Below, in pieces: positions 26,726 to 40,264 of a DNA stretch of 64,000 nt. The notes under the pieces are model-generated. The model ran no database searches, was not told where the DNA came from, and was given only the letters and a program-made list of their open reading frames with translations. The translations under genes were made by a program, and so were the position numbers. This DNA is from Podarcis tiliguerta (lineage: Eukaryota): the NCBI GenBank assembly GCA_965153285.1, contig OZ229111.1. One strand, 5' to 3'. How positions within the stretch are numbered: the first letter of the stretch is position 1; every line of letters starts with the position of its first letter.

Positions 26726-27569
26726 CTGTAAGTAAGCAGAGGCAGAGAAAGAGCATTGACAAGAGAGCATGTTGCCTGAAGGCCTGAGCTGCTGAACACT
26801 CCTTAGGAGTCAAAGAGGCTATGTTGGGAAACAGGAGTCCCCTTCACGTCTGCCAGCTCTCATTTCTTTGACGGGCCTATTTGCTGAATCACCAGGAACG
26901 GAGGATGCATTCCCAGCAGGAAGGCCAGAAAGGGGAAGACAACACCTTTCAACAAGTCGGATTCCCAAGGAGCAAACATTCCCTGGAGGGCAGAGAGCAG
27001 ACACACAGCCCCCTCTTTTAGGCTCAGCCATGAGACTCTAGATGAGAAATGGCCAACTGCTGGCCTGTGGAAATATGCACAATCAATATCTGAGAAGTCT
27101 GTGTTACCACTGGAGCCCTAAATCCAGCCTGGAGAATACAGTAGCAACCGGTCACCTCTGCTAAAGATCACGGCTGCTCAGCTTTAGGTCTGTCACCATG
27201 TTGCTTATTTTGGGGGCCAACCTGTGCCCAATCCTTGCAAGTCACAGACAACTTTGGGCCACATTGGGACCTCCAGCCTTTTAAAGCAAGAGCAGGGAAT
27301 AAGGAAACCCATGAAAAAGGAAGGCAGGCCCCACTCTCTCCACATCCATGCCACTCATTTGCAAGGCTTTTGAGGAGTCATACAGATGTGAAATTCAATG
27401 CTGCACCATGACAAACGCTCTGCCTATGCAAGGATTTCCACTTGCCAGATGGAACCATCTCCCTCCCTCCCCTCCATGCTGTTCTGGGGGTACCCCAACC
27501 CCTTCGAGACAATTTCAGGGTGCATGTGGGAGAGCGGGAAGCCCTGTTGCACATACAGAAGCCCTTGTG

Positions 27570-27746
27570 CAGAAATAATGCCTCGGGTTAAGAACTTTGC
27601 TTCAGGATGAAAACAGAAATCGTGCTCCGGCGGTGCAGCAGCAGCAGGAGGCCCCATTAGCTAAAGTGGTGCTTCAGGTTAAAGACAGTTTAAGGTTAAG
27701 AACAGACCTCTGGAACGAATTAAGTACTTAACCCGAGGTACCACTG
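27570..27746. mobile_element. Truncated copy of the mariner-type MITE at 5250
   Basis: High similarity to about 5299-5466, including the right TIR and TA; left TIR missing. Confidence 0.85.
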
Positions 27747-29319
27747 TATGTCCCATCTGTTTGCATGCACACATTTTCTCCTCAGTTTCCAACTCAGAGG
27801 GTGCTCTGCAAGTTTCAAAAATACACACACACAACTAGAGACTTTTAAGACTGGCAGTTCCATGTACTGGCAGCTTCTCCCCTTCTTAGCAGCTGCTCCC
27901 CTTCAAAAAGGTTCTCATGCCACAACCCCCAAACTTATTTTTGAAAGAGACATTTAGGAGCTGTGGAATGAAATTCTGAGAAGAATCAGGGGAAGCATGG
28001 GCCCTTCTGGATTTCAGCCAATAATGTCAATCATGAGAGGTAAAGTGGAATCATTCAAGACTTAGAGACTCTAAGTTTCCCAGTCACAGGTGAGCTACTC
28101 ATGGTTAAAGCACCTGCCATGTGCTGAGACAGTGACTGAAACATGGGGGAGAGGGGACCTGTGGCCCTCCAGATGCTGCTGGACTGCAATTCCCACCTTC
28201 CCCGACCACTAGCTGAAGCTGGAATAGACATTTAGAGAGCCACACATCCACCAGCACTGAACTAAGGGCTCCCAATATCATCCTGACTGCAAACCAACTG
28301 ATGACCTGTATGCAGACACCAGCAGCCATGGCATGGCCACTGCATACCTTGTGTTCTATAATGCACAAAAGATCAGATCCAACCTGGAAGGTAGTCTTGT
28401 GTCTAAGAGAAACTACCTGGTGCTCCAACACACTCCATGTATCCAAAGCAGGAAGGCTACCACGTAGATAGTTGTACACTCTCTAAATTGCATAATCAGG
28501 TTTTTTGAAGCTACAGGTATGTAATGGCACCAAGCAGAATGACAAAGAGGGTTCTTGAGAGCAGAAAATTCACAGAACCAAGGAAATGCTCCATGTCCAA
28601 ACAGGTTTGGGGCTGAAAAACCCATCTACTGCCGACAGAAACATGTCAAATATAGCTGCAGATGAGAACACCCAACTGGGCGTGACTGCCTCAAATTAGA
28701 CAGTTTCTAGCAGTCATGGCCACAAAGGAAAGATAAAGCTTAGGAAGGTGGATTCAATGTCTTCTAAAGGATCTAGAGGTAAACAGGTAAATGAGAGAGA
28801 GAATTACCCTTAACTCATCCTAATCATTCACCTGTATCCCATGAAGCCCATCCTTTTCTCTCTACTCCAGCTGCACAATAGAAATAATACCCCATGCTGT
28901 TACCACTTGTGCGGGTTCTGAAGACAATTGGAGTCATAATCTAATCAGTTAATTAAATAAATTTGGCTGATTAAAAGTGATCAAATAATTATATGCTAAT
29001 TCTGTGTATTATGCAAGCTGAACATCATCCAAGTTTAGTTTTGTTTTTTTTGTCATGATATAAACTAGAGTTTTGGGGACTCTGGCAGAGGATATTTCCA
29101 GAAGTAGCTCAGGGCTGGGCTTTAGAAAGCAGAATTGGCATACTAAACTCCCTCTTCCAGTGTTCACTGGCAAAGCAGTACTGCTTGATTAACTAGGAAG
29201 GGGCTGGGTGCATTCTTAGACTGGTACCCCTTGCTGAGCTGGGAAGGAACCCCAAACAATGTTCACCCCCCCCCCACTTTCTAAAGGGTTGCCTCGCTCC
29301 TGGAATGTTTTCTGAGAGG

Positions 29320-29630
29320 GGCAACCATGATGATGAAGAGCCTGGAAACCAAACCCTTTGGGGGAAGGTTGAAGGAGTCAGTGAATTTTACATCCTGGAG
29401 AACAGACTACCAAGAGGCAATGCAATAGCCCTCTGTTACATAGATGGAGCAACTTTGTTTTCTGTTGTTCCAGAAGATAGCACCCGAATTAATGGGTTTA
29501 GATTACAAGAAAAAGGATTTGATTTAGACCAAACATCAGGAAGAACTTCCTGACGGCATAACATGTTCAACAGTAAAGCAGACTGCTTTGGAAGGGGTAG
29601 ATGACTCTCTTTCATTAAGGCCTTTTCAGT
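29320..29630 (+). mobile_element. CR1 LINE fragment (end of ORF2)
   Basis: aatgggtttagattacaagaaaaaggattt...catcaggaagaacttcctgac, NGFRLQE-like CR1 C-terminal motif. Confidence 0.65.
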
Positions 29631-30022
29631 GGTGGCTCCCTGTTGTGAAATGCTCTCCCCAGGGAGGCATGCATGGTGCCATCTTTATCTATATTTAGAC
29701 TTTTCTCTTCACCCAGGCTTTGGGTCCTTAAAATGGGGGGGGGGGGGGGAATTGTGGCCTCTTTTCGTGTTGGCTGGGAATCTATCAGACCTGCCTTTTA
29801 ATTGTATTGCTGTGTTTTTTGTTATTGTTTTCAATGGAAGTTTCTTCGGGTCACTCTGTGAGAAAAACAACTAAATATCAGCATCAAGAACAGTAGGCTG
29901 GCTGGCCACCTATCAACAATACTGCAGTTGGCAGTTGCCACCTCTATGAGTCTATGAAACAACAACCTTACAAACTAAGCCCTCAAGATCCCATCATTCA
30001 CTGGGGCCAAGCACAGCATATA

Positions 30023-30272
30023 CAGTCATACATTGGAAGCCGAACGGAATCCATTCCGGAAGTCCGTTCAACTTCCAAAACACTCAACAACCAAGGCGCG
30101 GCTTCCGATTAGCTGCAGGAGCTTCCTGCACGCAATCAGAACCCGCGGAACCTATGTCAGATGTTCGGCTTCCTAAGAACATTCGCAAACCAGAAGACTC
30201 ACTTCCGGGTTTGCAGGGTTCGGGAGCCAAAAGATTCGAGTTTCAAGGCATTTGGGATCCAAGGTACGACTG
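30023..30272. mobile_element. Tc1/mariner-type MITE
   Basis: TIR CAGTCATACATTGG / CCAAGGTACGACTG (12/14), TA on both sides. Confidence 0.75.
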
Positions 30273-31218
30273 TATCTGCATAAAGCAAAGAGAAGCAGAA
30301 AAGGCCGAGCAAGCACTCCTCAGCCAGGGTAAATTTGCTGAACAGTTCGCTACCATCTAAAGAAATGGAGCCTGACTACAGATTCCAGGGATCCTGGCTC
30401 CCAGTTCAGAATGTGAAGTCTGCCCCTGCATCCACCAGAAAAAGCTCATTTTCAGTCGTCCCCCCCCCCCATCATGGAGATGCAGCTTCTCCTGGCATGA
30501 GATCAGAAGACCGTAAAATGGAGGAGCCCCTGAAATAAGGTTGCTTTGCACCAGCCTCTTATTTCCTACAGGAGAGGTACCTGACACAAAGGGAACATGG
30601 CCAGGCGCTGTCTGGGGATGCTTTCACAGCATCCTCCCACTCCAAACCTTCACAGCAATCCTCCCACCCAATTCCTTCATGCTGCAGCACAGAGCGGCTG
30701 GATTTCCCCGAGACACGCACACAAACAGACGTGGAGCTGCAGCTCAGCCTGTCTGACCTACTTTCCCTTTGTCTCCTGCTTTATCCACATTACTTACAGA
30801 GCGCCACCAGCTTACACCTTCCTGCACAGATCCCAGCCCCCTCCCCACTCCTCAAGGAGATTTCTTTTGCCACGTAAGAAAATTCTGGCAGCTCTTCCCC
30901 CCTTCCTAGGGCCATCTCAGCATTATATTTTAGCTCCATGGGGCCCCCTCCAAAAAGGGGCAGCAATCACCCCTCCCCATCTCCAGAACACTGACCTCTT
31001 CCATAAGCCATGAGGGACCCCCGACAGCGACAGAGCACCACAGGCCTTAAGGCCAGGCTGAGCACTATGATCTCATCTAACCTCAGGCCGTCAGTCGCTC
31101 CTGCGTCATGCCCAAGAGCCTCCAACTGCACTCTAAACCATCAACCCTGTCTTGAGGTCTAGGCAAAGGGAGGGAACAATTCTGCATTCTTGATGGCTGC
31201 TCTGTTCTCCAGACAGAG

Positions 31219-31605
31219 GCCTGGTTCACACAGAACACTAAACCACGGTTTGTTAAAACAAGCCATGAGTTGTCTCACAGATGAGCAAGCAAACCATGGC
31301 TTGTTTTTCTCCAAAGTTTGGTTCAGCTGCTCTCAACTCATGCCTTTGTAGTTCAGTGAGCATCTGGGGCGGGGAGGCCAAACAAACCATGGTTAAGGAA
31401 GGGTGTTTGGCTTGGTGAGAGTTGCAAAACTTAATTACAACAAACTAAGGGTCATAAACCAGCAACGAACCACAGCTTCAGATCATGGTTTGTTAGCAGT
31501 AAACAAACCATAGTCAAGCCACTAGGCAGGCTTTGCATAAAACACTAAGCCGTGGTTTCATAAACCATAGTTTAATAAACCTTGGTTTAGTGTTAGGTTC
31601 AGAGT
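31219..31605. mobile_element. MITE with repeated AAACCATGGTT motifs
   Basis: 24-bp inverted repeat, 31234-31257 vs 31571-31594 (22/24), with internal aaaccatgg repeats. Confidence 0.65.
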
Positions 31606-32005
31606 GTGGTTTAGGGGCTGGGAGTTTATTTTGCCTGAAAGTGAGCCCTGAACATTCGCCTGGCTCCATAATGAAGCCGATATCCCCTAGCAATATGGGC
31701 TTCCAAGTTATGGCACACAAAACTCAAGACATTGCATTGCAATCCAAACATGTGCATTTACATGCCAAATCAGAGAAAGATGTAATAAATACTGTCTCAT
31801 CAATATGTATATTTCAAATAAGAGAAACTGTGGTTTAAAAAACCACTTTGGCTAAAATTTAGATAGGCCACCAGGAACAGGAAAAAAATTCCTTAAGACA
31901 ACCTCTCTCATTCTTGGGTTACCAGATGGTGTTGGACCACATGTTTCATCATTACTGACTGCTGTACAATTTCTCGCCCAGTGAACTTGCATCATTCCTC
32001 AAGGG

Positions 32006-32318
32006 ACATGAGTAGGCAAACTAAGGCCCGGGGGCTGGATCCGGCCCAATCGCCTTCTCAATCCGGCCCGCAGACGGTCCAGGAATCAGCGTGTTTTTAC
32101 GTGAGTAGAATGTGTCCTTTTATTTAAAATGCATCTCTGGGTTATTTGTGGGGCCTGCCTGGTGTTTTTACAGGAGTACAATGTGTGCTTTTATTTAAAA
32201 TGCATCTTTGGGTTATTTGTGGGCCATAGGAATTCATTCATTCCCCCCCCCAAAAAAAATATAGTCCAGCCCCCCACAAGGTCTGAGGGACAGTGGACCA
32301 GCCCCCTGCTGACCCCTG
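32006..32318. mobile_element. hAT non-autonomous element
   Basis: ...taggcaaactaaggcccggggg...ccggccc and ...gacccctg termini; 8-bp TSD CTCAAGGG/CTCAAGGC; internal duplication of about 43 bp. Confidence 0.8.
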
Positions 32319-32639
32319 CTCAAGGCTATAATTGTGATGTGCTAATCTCCTCTTCTCCCAGCTTTCAAATGGCACTGTAAGAGTCATTGTGGTGTAGTGG
32401 CTACATAACTGAATTTGAACCATGAAGCTCAATGGTTTTGAAGGGGTTTTTTTGCGGGGTGGGGCGGGGGGAAATCACACAAGCAACATAACTTAATTCA
32501 CAAGGCTGCTGGGAGGAAAAAACTGATAATCCCACATACGTTACCTTGAGTTCCTTGGAAAAACGTAATACAAGTGTGAAAGTGCAAGTAATTGTTTGTT
32601 CCTCTTGTTGGATGTTGGCAACAATAATCTTGCAGGATC

Positions 32640-33420
32640 AGAATTCTAGGTTCATCAAGTGTAGTATTTGGTCTCTAACCAGGACCAACCACATACCCTT
32701 GGAAAATTGATAACTAGGACATGATTTCAATAATCATCCTCTGTCTGTTCACTGCCTCTGGTAAGGAAAGATATAGTGCATCTGCAAACCATGACCTACA
32801 GCCACTGAGAGACCCATCTATGGGAGCTAACCTATTTCAGTTGACAGTGACAATGACAGTGTTAGTGGCCTTCCAAACTGTGAGATGAATTCCGTAAGTT
32901 GAAAACAGTGCTTGCTTTAATTTGTCCTGAACTTGCTGTCAAAGTATTAGAGAACTTCAAGCTCCAATGTTTTGGTTTCTTTCACACCATTCCTAAATAA
33001 GTGTGCGGCCTAAACTTCTCTTTGAAGGAAGTCCCATCCACCTGAATATCTTTAGCCACCCATTTCTTTACTTTCCTCCCCTTCTGTGATCTCTTTTTCA
33101 AAATCAGGCCACTAGAACTACATTGGCATTCCAAGCACAGCCATACCAGAGACTCATCCTGGCGTACTTGCCGTTTCATTTTCAGTCCCTTTTCATAGTA
33201 ATTCCCAGTATCAGATTTGCTTTTCCTCCACTGCGCCAGCACACTGAGATGACGTCACTGCGCTTTCTACCATGACCCCAAGTCCTCGCTGGCAGTAGTG
33301 ACAGCTCATTTAGATCCCATCAGTGTCTGTGCGGGAGTTTGTGTGTCCCAATGTGGAACACGAGGCGCTCGCTCACTCTGAAGCTCACCTGCCATTCTGC
33401 AGTGCTTCTGAATCATCCAG
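32640..33420 (-). mobile_element. Degraded CR1-like LINE fragment
   Basis: Reverse-complement CR1-like motifs (accatgaccccaagtcct...tcacctgccattctg). Boundaries approximate. Confidence 0.5.
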
Positions 33421-36400
33421 CTTGAAGAGTGCCTTTGAAGAAATGCTCACACCATTTTGTAGATTTCTTTTTTTAAGAAACAAAAAATTATTGGGAGTCT
33501 GAGCACTCCCCTACAGCACAAGACAGGCATGGGCATGTTCAGCTAGCCCTATTTTTAACCCAACAAGCTCTACCCACATTTTCTTCATCTCCCACACTAA
33601 TGGCCCCTATCATTTCATGAAATTTCGTCTAGCGGCTTATTTGATAGATTTGCTTTAAACCATTATTTGAACTCCGTGCAATGGAGGCCTTCTGTGCTGG
33701 AATGCACATCTAATAAAGGTTTTCTAAGTGGTAGAAGCTGCCTTGTGCCAAAATCAGCCCACTGGCCCATCTTGCTCAGCACTGCCTGCAACACTTGACT
33801 GCCAGCGACTCCACAGGCTGGCAGGTGAGACACTTTTTCAACCTTGCTAGCGGTACAAGCAATTGAATTTGGGACCTTCAATGCACACAGAAGTATATGC
33901 TCTGCCACTGAGCTATGGCCCTTTCCAAAGACAGCTGTTCCCTCCCCCTGTATTACAGACCCAACATGAAGAGCTGTATTCTGTGGCCATGGTACCCACA
34001 GCCTGAGTTGAGAAGGCTGGGGAAGAGCGGATTCAGCTTTCCTTTCTGAAGCACTCTCACTGACCAGAATGCTTTGAAGCAAGTTTGCAAAAGGCAGCAG
34101 CATTCTGTTAAGTTTTGTGGCCCTCCAGGTGTCACTAGGCTCCAATTCCCATTTTACAGCATTTTACTGTACAATTTACAATTCAGCATTTTACAATCTT
34201 TTTGCTAGATCTGAAAAACAAAGGAATGGGCTTCATCTTTTCTCAATTTTAATGTATCTGGCACACCTTTGGATTTAATTCAGCTACTTGGGCATACAGA
34301 AAAAATAATTCTAAATGTTCAGGGTTCCACATAGCCTGAAACAGGAGGCCAGCAATACTATTCAAGATTCACATATTTTTGCTTTCCCACGTGTTATAAA
34401 CATTCCCCGAGTCTGCTATAAAATGCTAACTTGCCCAGGGTTCAGGGCTGGTTGCCAGTCCTGAATCCAAGCGTTTTATTGAGATCTATGTATGCATGTG
34501 TGTATATATTGCTTCTGGAAGGGCAGCACTCACCAATATGGAGTGCAGGCACCTTTTGCTACCAAGGCAGCCATTTGGTGCTGGTACCCACAGCACTTTT
34601 ATCAAGACATGAGTACGAGCACCTTATTTATTTTTTTAATTACCAAAATAGAGGAAAATATAGGGTGAAAATATTTTAGCCTCATGGCATGCATCCCCCA
34701 ACCTCCCCCTCTGCTTGCCACTTTTAACGGACACCATCATTCTATGGCTCAACAGCCTGCAGCCCTTGACATAATTGCTAGACTAACACAGCATGCCCAA
34801 CTTCCAATCTGACCCACTTTTTCCATCCTCCAGGGCAGAACTAAGAGCTGCTCACATAAAACAATGAAGGAAACCCAGGATTTTAACATTGCTGTAAATG
34901 GACAGCAGCAGCAGCATGGACCCCTCCCTGGCACCCAACCCCCTCCCAGAAGAGGCCAGCAGCAAAAAGACAGCACCTCTTACTTTTGGGGTGCAACATG
35001 AACCTAGAATTTCCCTCTTCAGACAGACATGAACTGCACCAGTAAATAGTCTATTTTTCTGTATGTCACTGACATTCCAAAGGTCTTAAAATGCCCACAG
35101 TGCTTTTTTTCTCTTTTCAAAAAGTTGTTCTCTCTTTCAGCTCACAAACTTACATACTTCTGCATGTCTCGCAGAGAGTCCTCTGAGTATGCAGAAATCA
35201 TGACTTTATTTTTGGGTGGCCCTTGTTTCCTTTAAGAGGGTTCCCTTCATGAGATCTGGAGTGCATAGGGAGGGGCTGTGGAATCAGTTAAAGTGGGCCA
35301 TCCATAAGCCTCAGCCAATATGGTTAATGGTCTGGGATTATGGGAGTTATAGTCCAGCAACTTCTGGGGGACACAGGCTCCCCACCCCAACTTTAGGGCT
35401 TCAGCAAATTTCTGTTGCAAATTTAGATACCCAATATATGTGTGAAAACATCCTTTCTATGACCACTAGAGGGCTCTTCTACCTTTCTTGTAATAGGTTT
35501 CTTATGCTAGCTGCTGTGAGAAATAGTACTGTATACTGTATACAAGACTGGGTTGGCCCAAGGGGGTTGGATTCTCCAGCCATTTCCCTTCCTAATTATG
35601 CTCCCCTCCCCACACATCCTCAACCACTGCTGCAGCCAGAATTGCAGATGACAACCGAACAAGAAATTGGTTGGCTGAATAGAAGCAACAAGGGGGAAAG
35701 AGCAGAAACACACCATTTGCCTCATTACGACAAAGCCCCAGGTGTTAAAAGCATCTCTTGCCACAGAAATAACTCTCCATTACACCATTTGAGCTGAGAG
35801 CACCCTTTAAACAGTGAACCCGATGAAGGCATTTTCTATTCACGTTGGCTTGGTCAGACTCCATGAATCCAGCTTATGGAACTAATCGACCATGTCCAAT
35901 TGCACAAGAGCCTCACAGACTGACCTGTGCCAAGATAAACACCAGAGCATAGGGGACTAATAGAGATGCAGCCCTAGTAATCTTTCAAAGCCTCCGGTAT
36001 CTCCTTCTTCTCCCACTGTATCCAAAACACAACTACTAGGCTGCATTGCTGGCAGATAAACTGAGCACAGGGCACTCAAGCAACATAGGCAGGCACTCTC
36101 TTTAACTGCGCCGATCTCCACCATGCACGCTTTCGTCCTCAAAGAGTTTCCCCATCAGGCTTATTCACCACGCAGAAGCTGCTCTCACCAGACACACAAA
36201 TCCACCTCTTTTCTCTCTGCACTTTGGAGATCAGCAAAGCAACAGCCAGGGTGGAGCACCTTCTTCGACAGAGGGGCACCTCAAGAAAAGCTGCAGGAGC
36301 TGAAAGCTCAGTGCTAATCCACATGAAATACAATTTGCATATGATTTTCATGAGCATGGCAAATTAGAGCATCGTATGATGGACGTGCTGCGTTTATTTT

Positions 36401-38400
36401 TTAAAAAACCTTATTTTGTGTTTCCTATGGAGAAAGCCACCTCCAAATGTTATTTTGGCTGCTCTGCAGCTTAGGTCGCAGTCCTCTCACAAAATACTTG
36501 GTGGAAATGCTTATGATTAAGCTGCATATAAACGCCTTAAGAATAAACAAATGGAAGGGAATACAAAAGAAAATCTGCACTAGGGAATAAAAGCCCCAGT
36601 GTTATTTACGGAACGCATTTTGTGGAACCACGCATGCTTCAAATAATGGTTGGTATGGCACCATTTGCATTCCCAGGCAGATGGTATCTTCTGCATGGAG
36701 TAAAAACAAGGTCCAGGCTGCTCAAGGAGATGAACAGCACTACCTATCAGAAGGGAAGCTGAAGTAACTGTAGGTTACTAGGCATTCTGGCCATACAAGG
36801 GGGAAAGACTACAGGCAATAAACTTGTGCACAAACGCATATACATGCAGTGCCAGGAAATAAATAAAAAAATTCAAAGCAGGAAATAGTGGGAGAGAGCT
36901 GAACAGTCCTTGTTGCTTGTGAGGAGACCCTCCCCAGAGCCTGAAAAAGACATCAGGGACGGCGGAGGAAGCCCCAAAGAGACCCGAGCACACAGCCTCC
37001 CTCCCTAACAGCTGATGGGCGGGGTACTGCAGCAGCCACAGCCGCCACCACCACTACTTGCCTGCGTGTCCTCCAGCCTCCAACCAGCCCCAGAGCTGAT
37101 ATTGTAGTCTGCATTGTAGAGAAAGCTGGAGAGCAGGGAAAAGCAGGTGTTCAAAGGCTTTTTAGAGGGTGCTCCCCACTTACACAATTTTTGCTTATGT
37201 GCGTGGGCCCTGAAACATAATCCCTGCCTAAGTGGGGGGGACACCTGTATAGCAAGAGGGCACATGCGACTGAGAAACCTCTGGGCCTCCAGATACTGCT
37301 CACCTCCAGCTCCCATTGTCCCTTACCATTGGCCATGGTGGCTGGGGCCGATGCGAGTCAAAAGTCCAAGAACAGCTGGAGGGCCCCAGGTTCCCCACCC
37401 CTGCTTTACATGCAGAAGGCTCCAGGCTCAATCTCTAGTATCTCCAAGTAGGTTGGGAAAGACCTGTCTGAAATCCTGGAAAGGTGCTCGCAGTCAGTAT
37501 AGACTAGAGATGGGAACCTGTGGCCATCCATGTTGCTGGGCTACAACTCTTATCATCCCTGGTCATTGGTCATGCCAGCTGGGACTGATGGAAGATGGAG
37601 TCCAACATCTGGAGGGCCAGAGGGACTCCATCCCTAAATTAGATTGACCAATTGTCTGCTTTGGTGGAAGGTAGCTTCCTGTGTTCCTGACACACATACA
37701 CTAGCCTCCCATTAGGAACTTCTGGTTGGGCCCAGATAAAAATCCCCATCTTCCAGAAGTTAAACTTCAATTGGAAGGGGTAGGACCTTTCCAGCAGGTT
37801 TGGAATGAGTTCCCAGAAGAAGTGTGGCAATGATTTTCACGATTACATTTTAGAAATGCAAGGGAAAGATCTTTTTGCAGGACTGTTGGGAAGCAGTCTG
37901 CGTGGGATTCTTATTTGTACTGATCTGCTGCATCTGAACATTGCCACCTCAATGTTCCTCATTTAATGTTTTACTGGTTTTGTTTCACCACTTTATCACT
38001 CTGGGTCTTTTCAGCATTAATTTAGATATGAAATTAGAATTTAATCTTGCTCCTGCACTGCTAGCAACTGGAGACGGAAACCAATATATTCTCCAACACA
38101 AGGGGCCTCCCTCCTCACAAGGTTTCCAAAACAACAACGAAAAAGCATCATCATTTGGCTAACAAGTCTCTTGAGGGGCAAGTGTTGGCTTTGGTGCGTA
38201 ACTTGTATGTTATCTCAGAGGGATCTTAGACATCCTAAGAGTCTTGGTGATAGGCAAGCACAGGCCAGCCAGATGTTATCAATACACTGCCTTGCATTCT
38301 CCTGTCTTTTTCAGTGGCTATACAGGAACAGATGCCATTGTAATCTCTCTAGTATAGAAAGCCAGTCAGCAAAAGGATGGGATACAGACTAGCAGATTTA

Positions 38401-38586
38401 GGGCAGATCCATGCCGTACCCTTGAAGCACAACCAACACACAGTTAAAGCACATAACTTCCTCCGAGGAATCCTGGAATATGTAGTTGAAGGTACTGGGG
38501 GGGGGGGAGAAACAGAGTTCCCAGGATTCTTTCGGGAAAGTCATGCGCTTTAAATATGTGTTGGGATGTATGGTGTGCATGTGCCC
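38401..38586. mobile_element. PIF/Harbinger-type MITE
   Basis: GGGCA...TGCCC termini (14/19 TIR match) with TTA on both sides. Confidence 0.7.
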
Positions 38587-38749
38587 TTAATTTCTAGGCC
38601 AAGTGCAGGTAATCTGGTTCTATAACCTCACCCCCTCAACCCTTCTAAGAAATATCCTATGACCAGTAAACCAATGCCCACAATTGGAATCAACCATGGG
38701 ACAGATTTATGCAAATTTCATTTTGGTTGTGATACTCTTGAGGATGTGA

Positions 38750-38985
38750 AATATTTATTTTTTTATTTCTTATTACATTTATATCTCGCTCTTCTCCCAA
38801 GGAGCTCAGGGCACCATACGCAATTCTATTATCCCCCCTTCCTCCAATTATACTAACATAAGTTGTGAGCAGATTAGGCCAAGAGTCACTGATCCAAGGG
38901 CACCCAGTGGGTTTCATAGCTGAGTGGGGATTAGAACCCAGGGTCTGCCCAGTCAAAGTTCAATACTGTAACACTACATCACAAT
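38750..38985 (-). mobile_element. tRNA-derived squamate SINE (same family as 26078; further copy near 44450-44630)
   Basis: Reverse complement of ggttctaatccccactcagctatgaaacccactgggtg, with an AT-rich tail. Confidence 0.6.
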
Positions 38986-40257
38986 GACTCTATTTTTTAT
39001 TGGGGGCTGAAACAGGAAGTCTCATGACATCTCAGCTCAGCCATGACATCTGTGAACATGGTCCTAATAAGTGACAGGACAGTGTTTCTGAGAAAAAGCA
39101 TGGTGCAGTTTATTCACCAATAGGCTGCCCCTCACCCTATAACTGAGACTGTAGTGACCAGGTCAGAAGGTGTAACAACAGATATTAATAGGGGGAGAAA
39201 GAAAGGCCTCTAGAGAAGACCAGTGGTCAAAGTGAACAGGCATAGGTTTCCAGGGGGAAATGTTTTCACCTGCCATTTGTCACTGAAAGCCAAATTAGAT
39301 GTAACACTTAAATGCACCATTAGGAAGCCAGTCAGTTAAAAAAATATATAGAGGGAAGTTTAACCTTTTCCTCCTACCCCACAAATGATGAGCCTTCTTC
39401 ACCCTTGCCATTCCCATGAGTTTGGAATACTGATAAAATGTTAGAATTCCAGGAAAGAAGAAAATCTGCTTCATGACAGCAGAAGATTCATCCATATCCT
39501 TAATGTTTAGCAGAATCTAAACAGCTATTTCTGATACTTCATCACAACCTTGAGGGCTAGACATTTTATTTAAATACAATCATGCCCAATGGACTGGGTG
39601 AAAGTTATCAGAATGTGCTTTAGATGGCTTGTCAGCAAGGAGACATTCTTGAGCATGTTGATCCTTAGATTTCTCCTAATTGACCCTCCTTACTCTTTAT
39701 GATGCCAACACCTTTGATTTCTGAGGCTTTGAATCTACTACTTAGAATAAACTGGCAGATTCTTCCTTCATATAAGCATTTAAAACAGCAATTAGGATGG
39801 TAATAGCAGCAAGAAAGCTCAGCTCAAACTACGACGTGCTGCAAATTCATAAAGCAAAAATGGTACCCTTAGAGAGAAAACAGCAGCTCTGAGCATCTTT
39901 TGTTCAACGCTCAAGGTTCTTTAACTGGAAATAAAAGGGGATAAATTCTGGAGTTAGTGGAAACATAATTCATCAGGAATAACTCCCCCAAGGCTAACCA
40001 TTTAAATAGTTTCTACATATGTCTATGACAGTCAGAGCTGATTTGTTGTAGGGGCTGCATGTGAGTACAAACCCATCTGCTCAAAAATTTACTGTGCCAC
40101 ATTCAGCGTCACAGATAGATCCATGTGTGTCTTTGTCTTTAGAGCCCTTTTCTCACCATACATTCCTTGAAAGAAGCAGCTGTCTAATAAACACAGGGAG
40201 CGAGGGAGAAAGCAGACAGCAGTCCGTTCACCCACCCAGGACCCCGTGGTTCCTTAC

Positions 40258-40264
40258 CATCCAT
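40258..40264 (-). CDS. PRKACA: Candidate short alternative first coding exon of PRKACA (MD|VKEFL...)
   Basis: ATG GAT G|GTAAGG: strong donor, phase 1, in-frame upstream TAA at 40331-40333, in a CpG-retaining block without obvious repeats. Confidence 0.5.

Noticed and set aside
35216-35797. 193-aa plus-strand ORF
   Set aside because: Non-ATG start, partly MITE-derived, no recognisable domain or exon structure.
36189-36357. ORF ending in a phase-1 donor (TCT G|GTGAGA) as another PRKACA first exon
   Set aside because: No similarity to known PKA N-termini and no promoter signal; phase agreement has a 1-in-3 chance.
39268-39280. 13-nt AG/GT-bounded microexon candidate
   Set aside because: Not frame-preserving, and no resemblance to PRKACB a/b/c exons.
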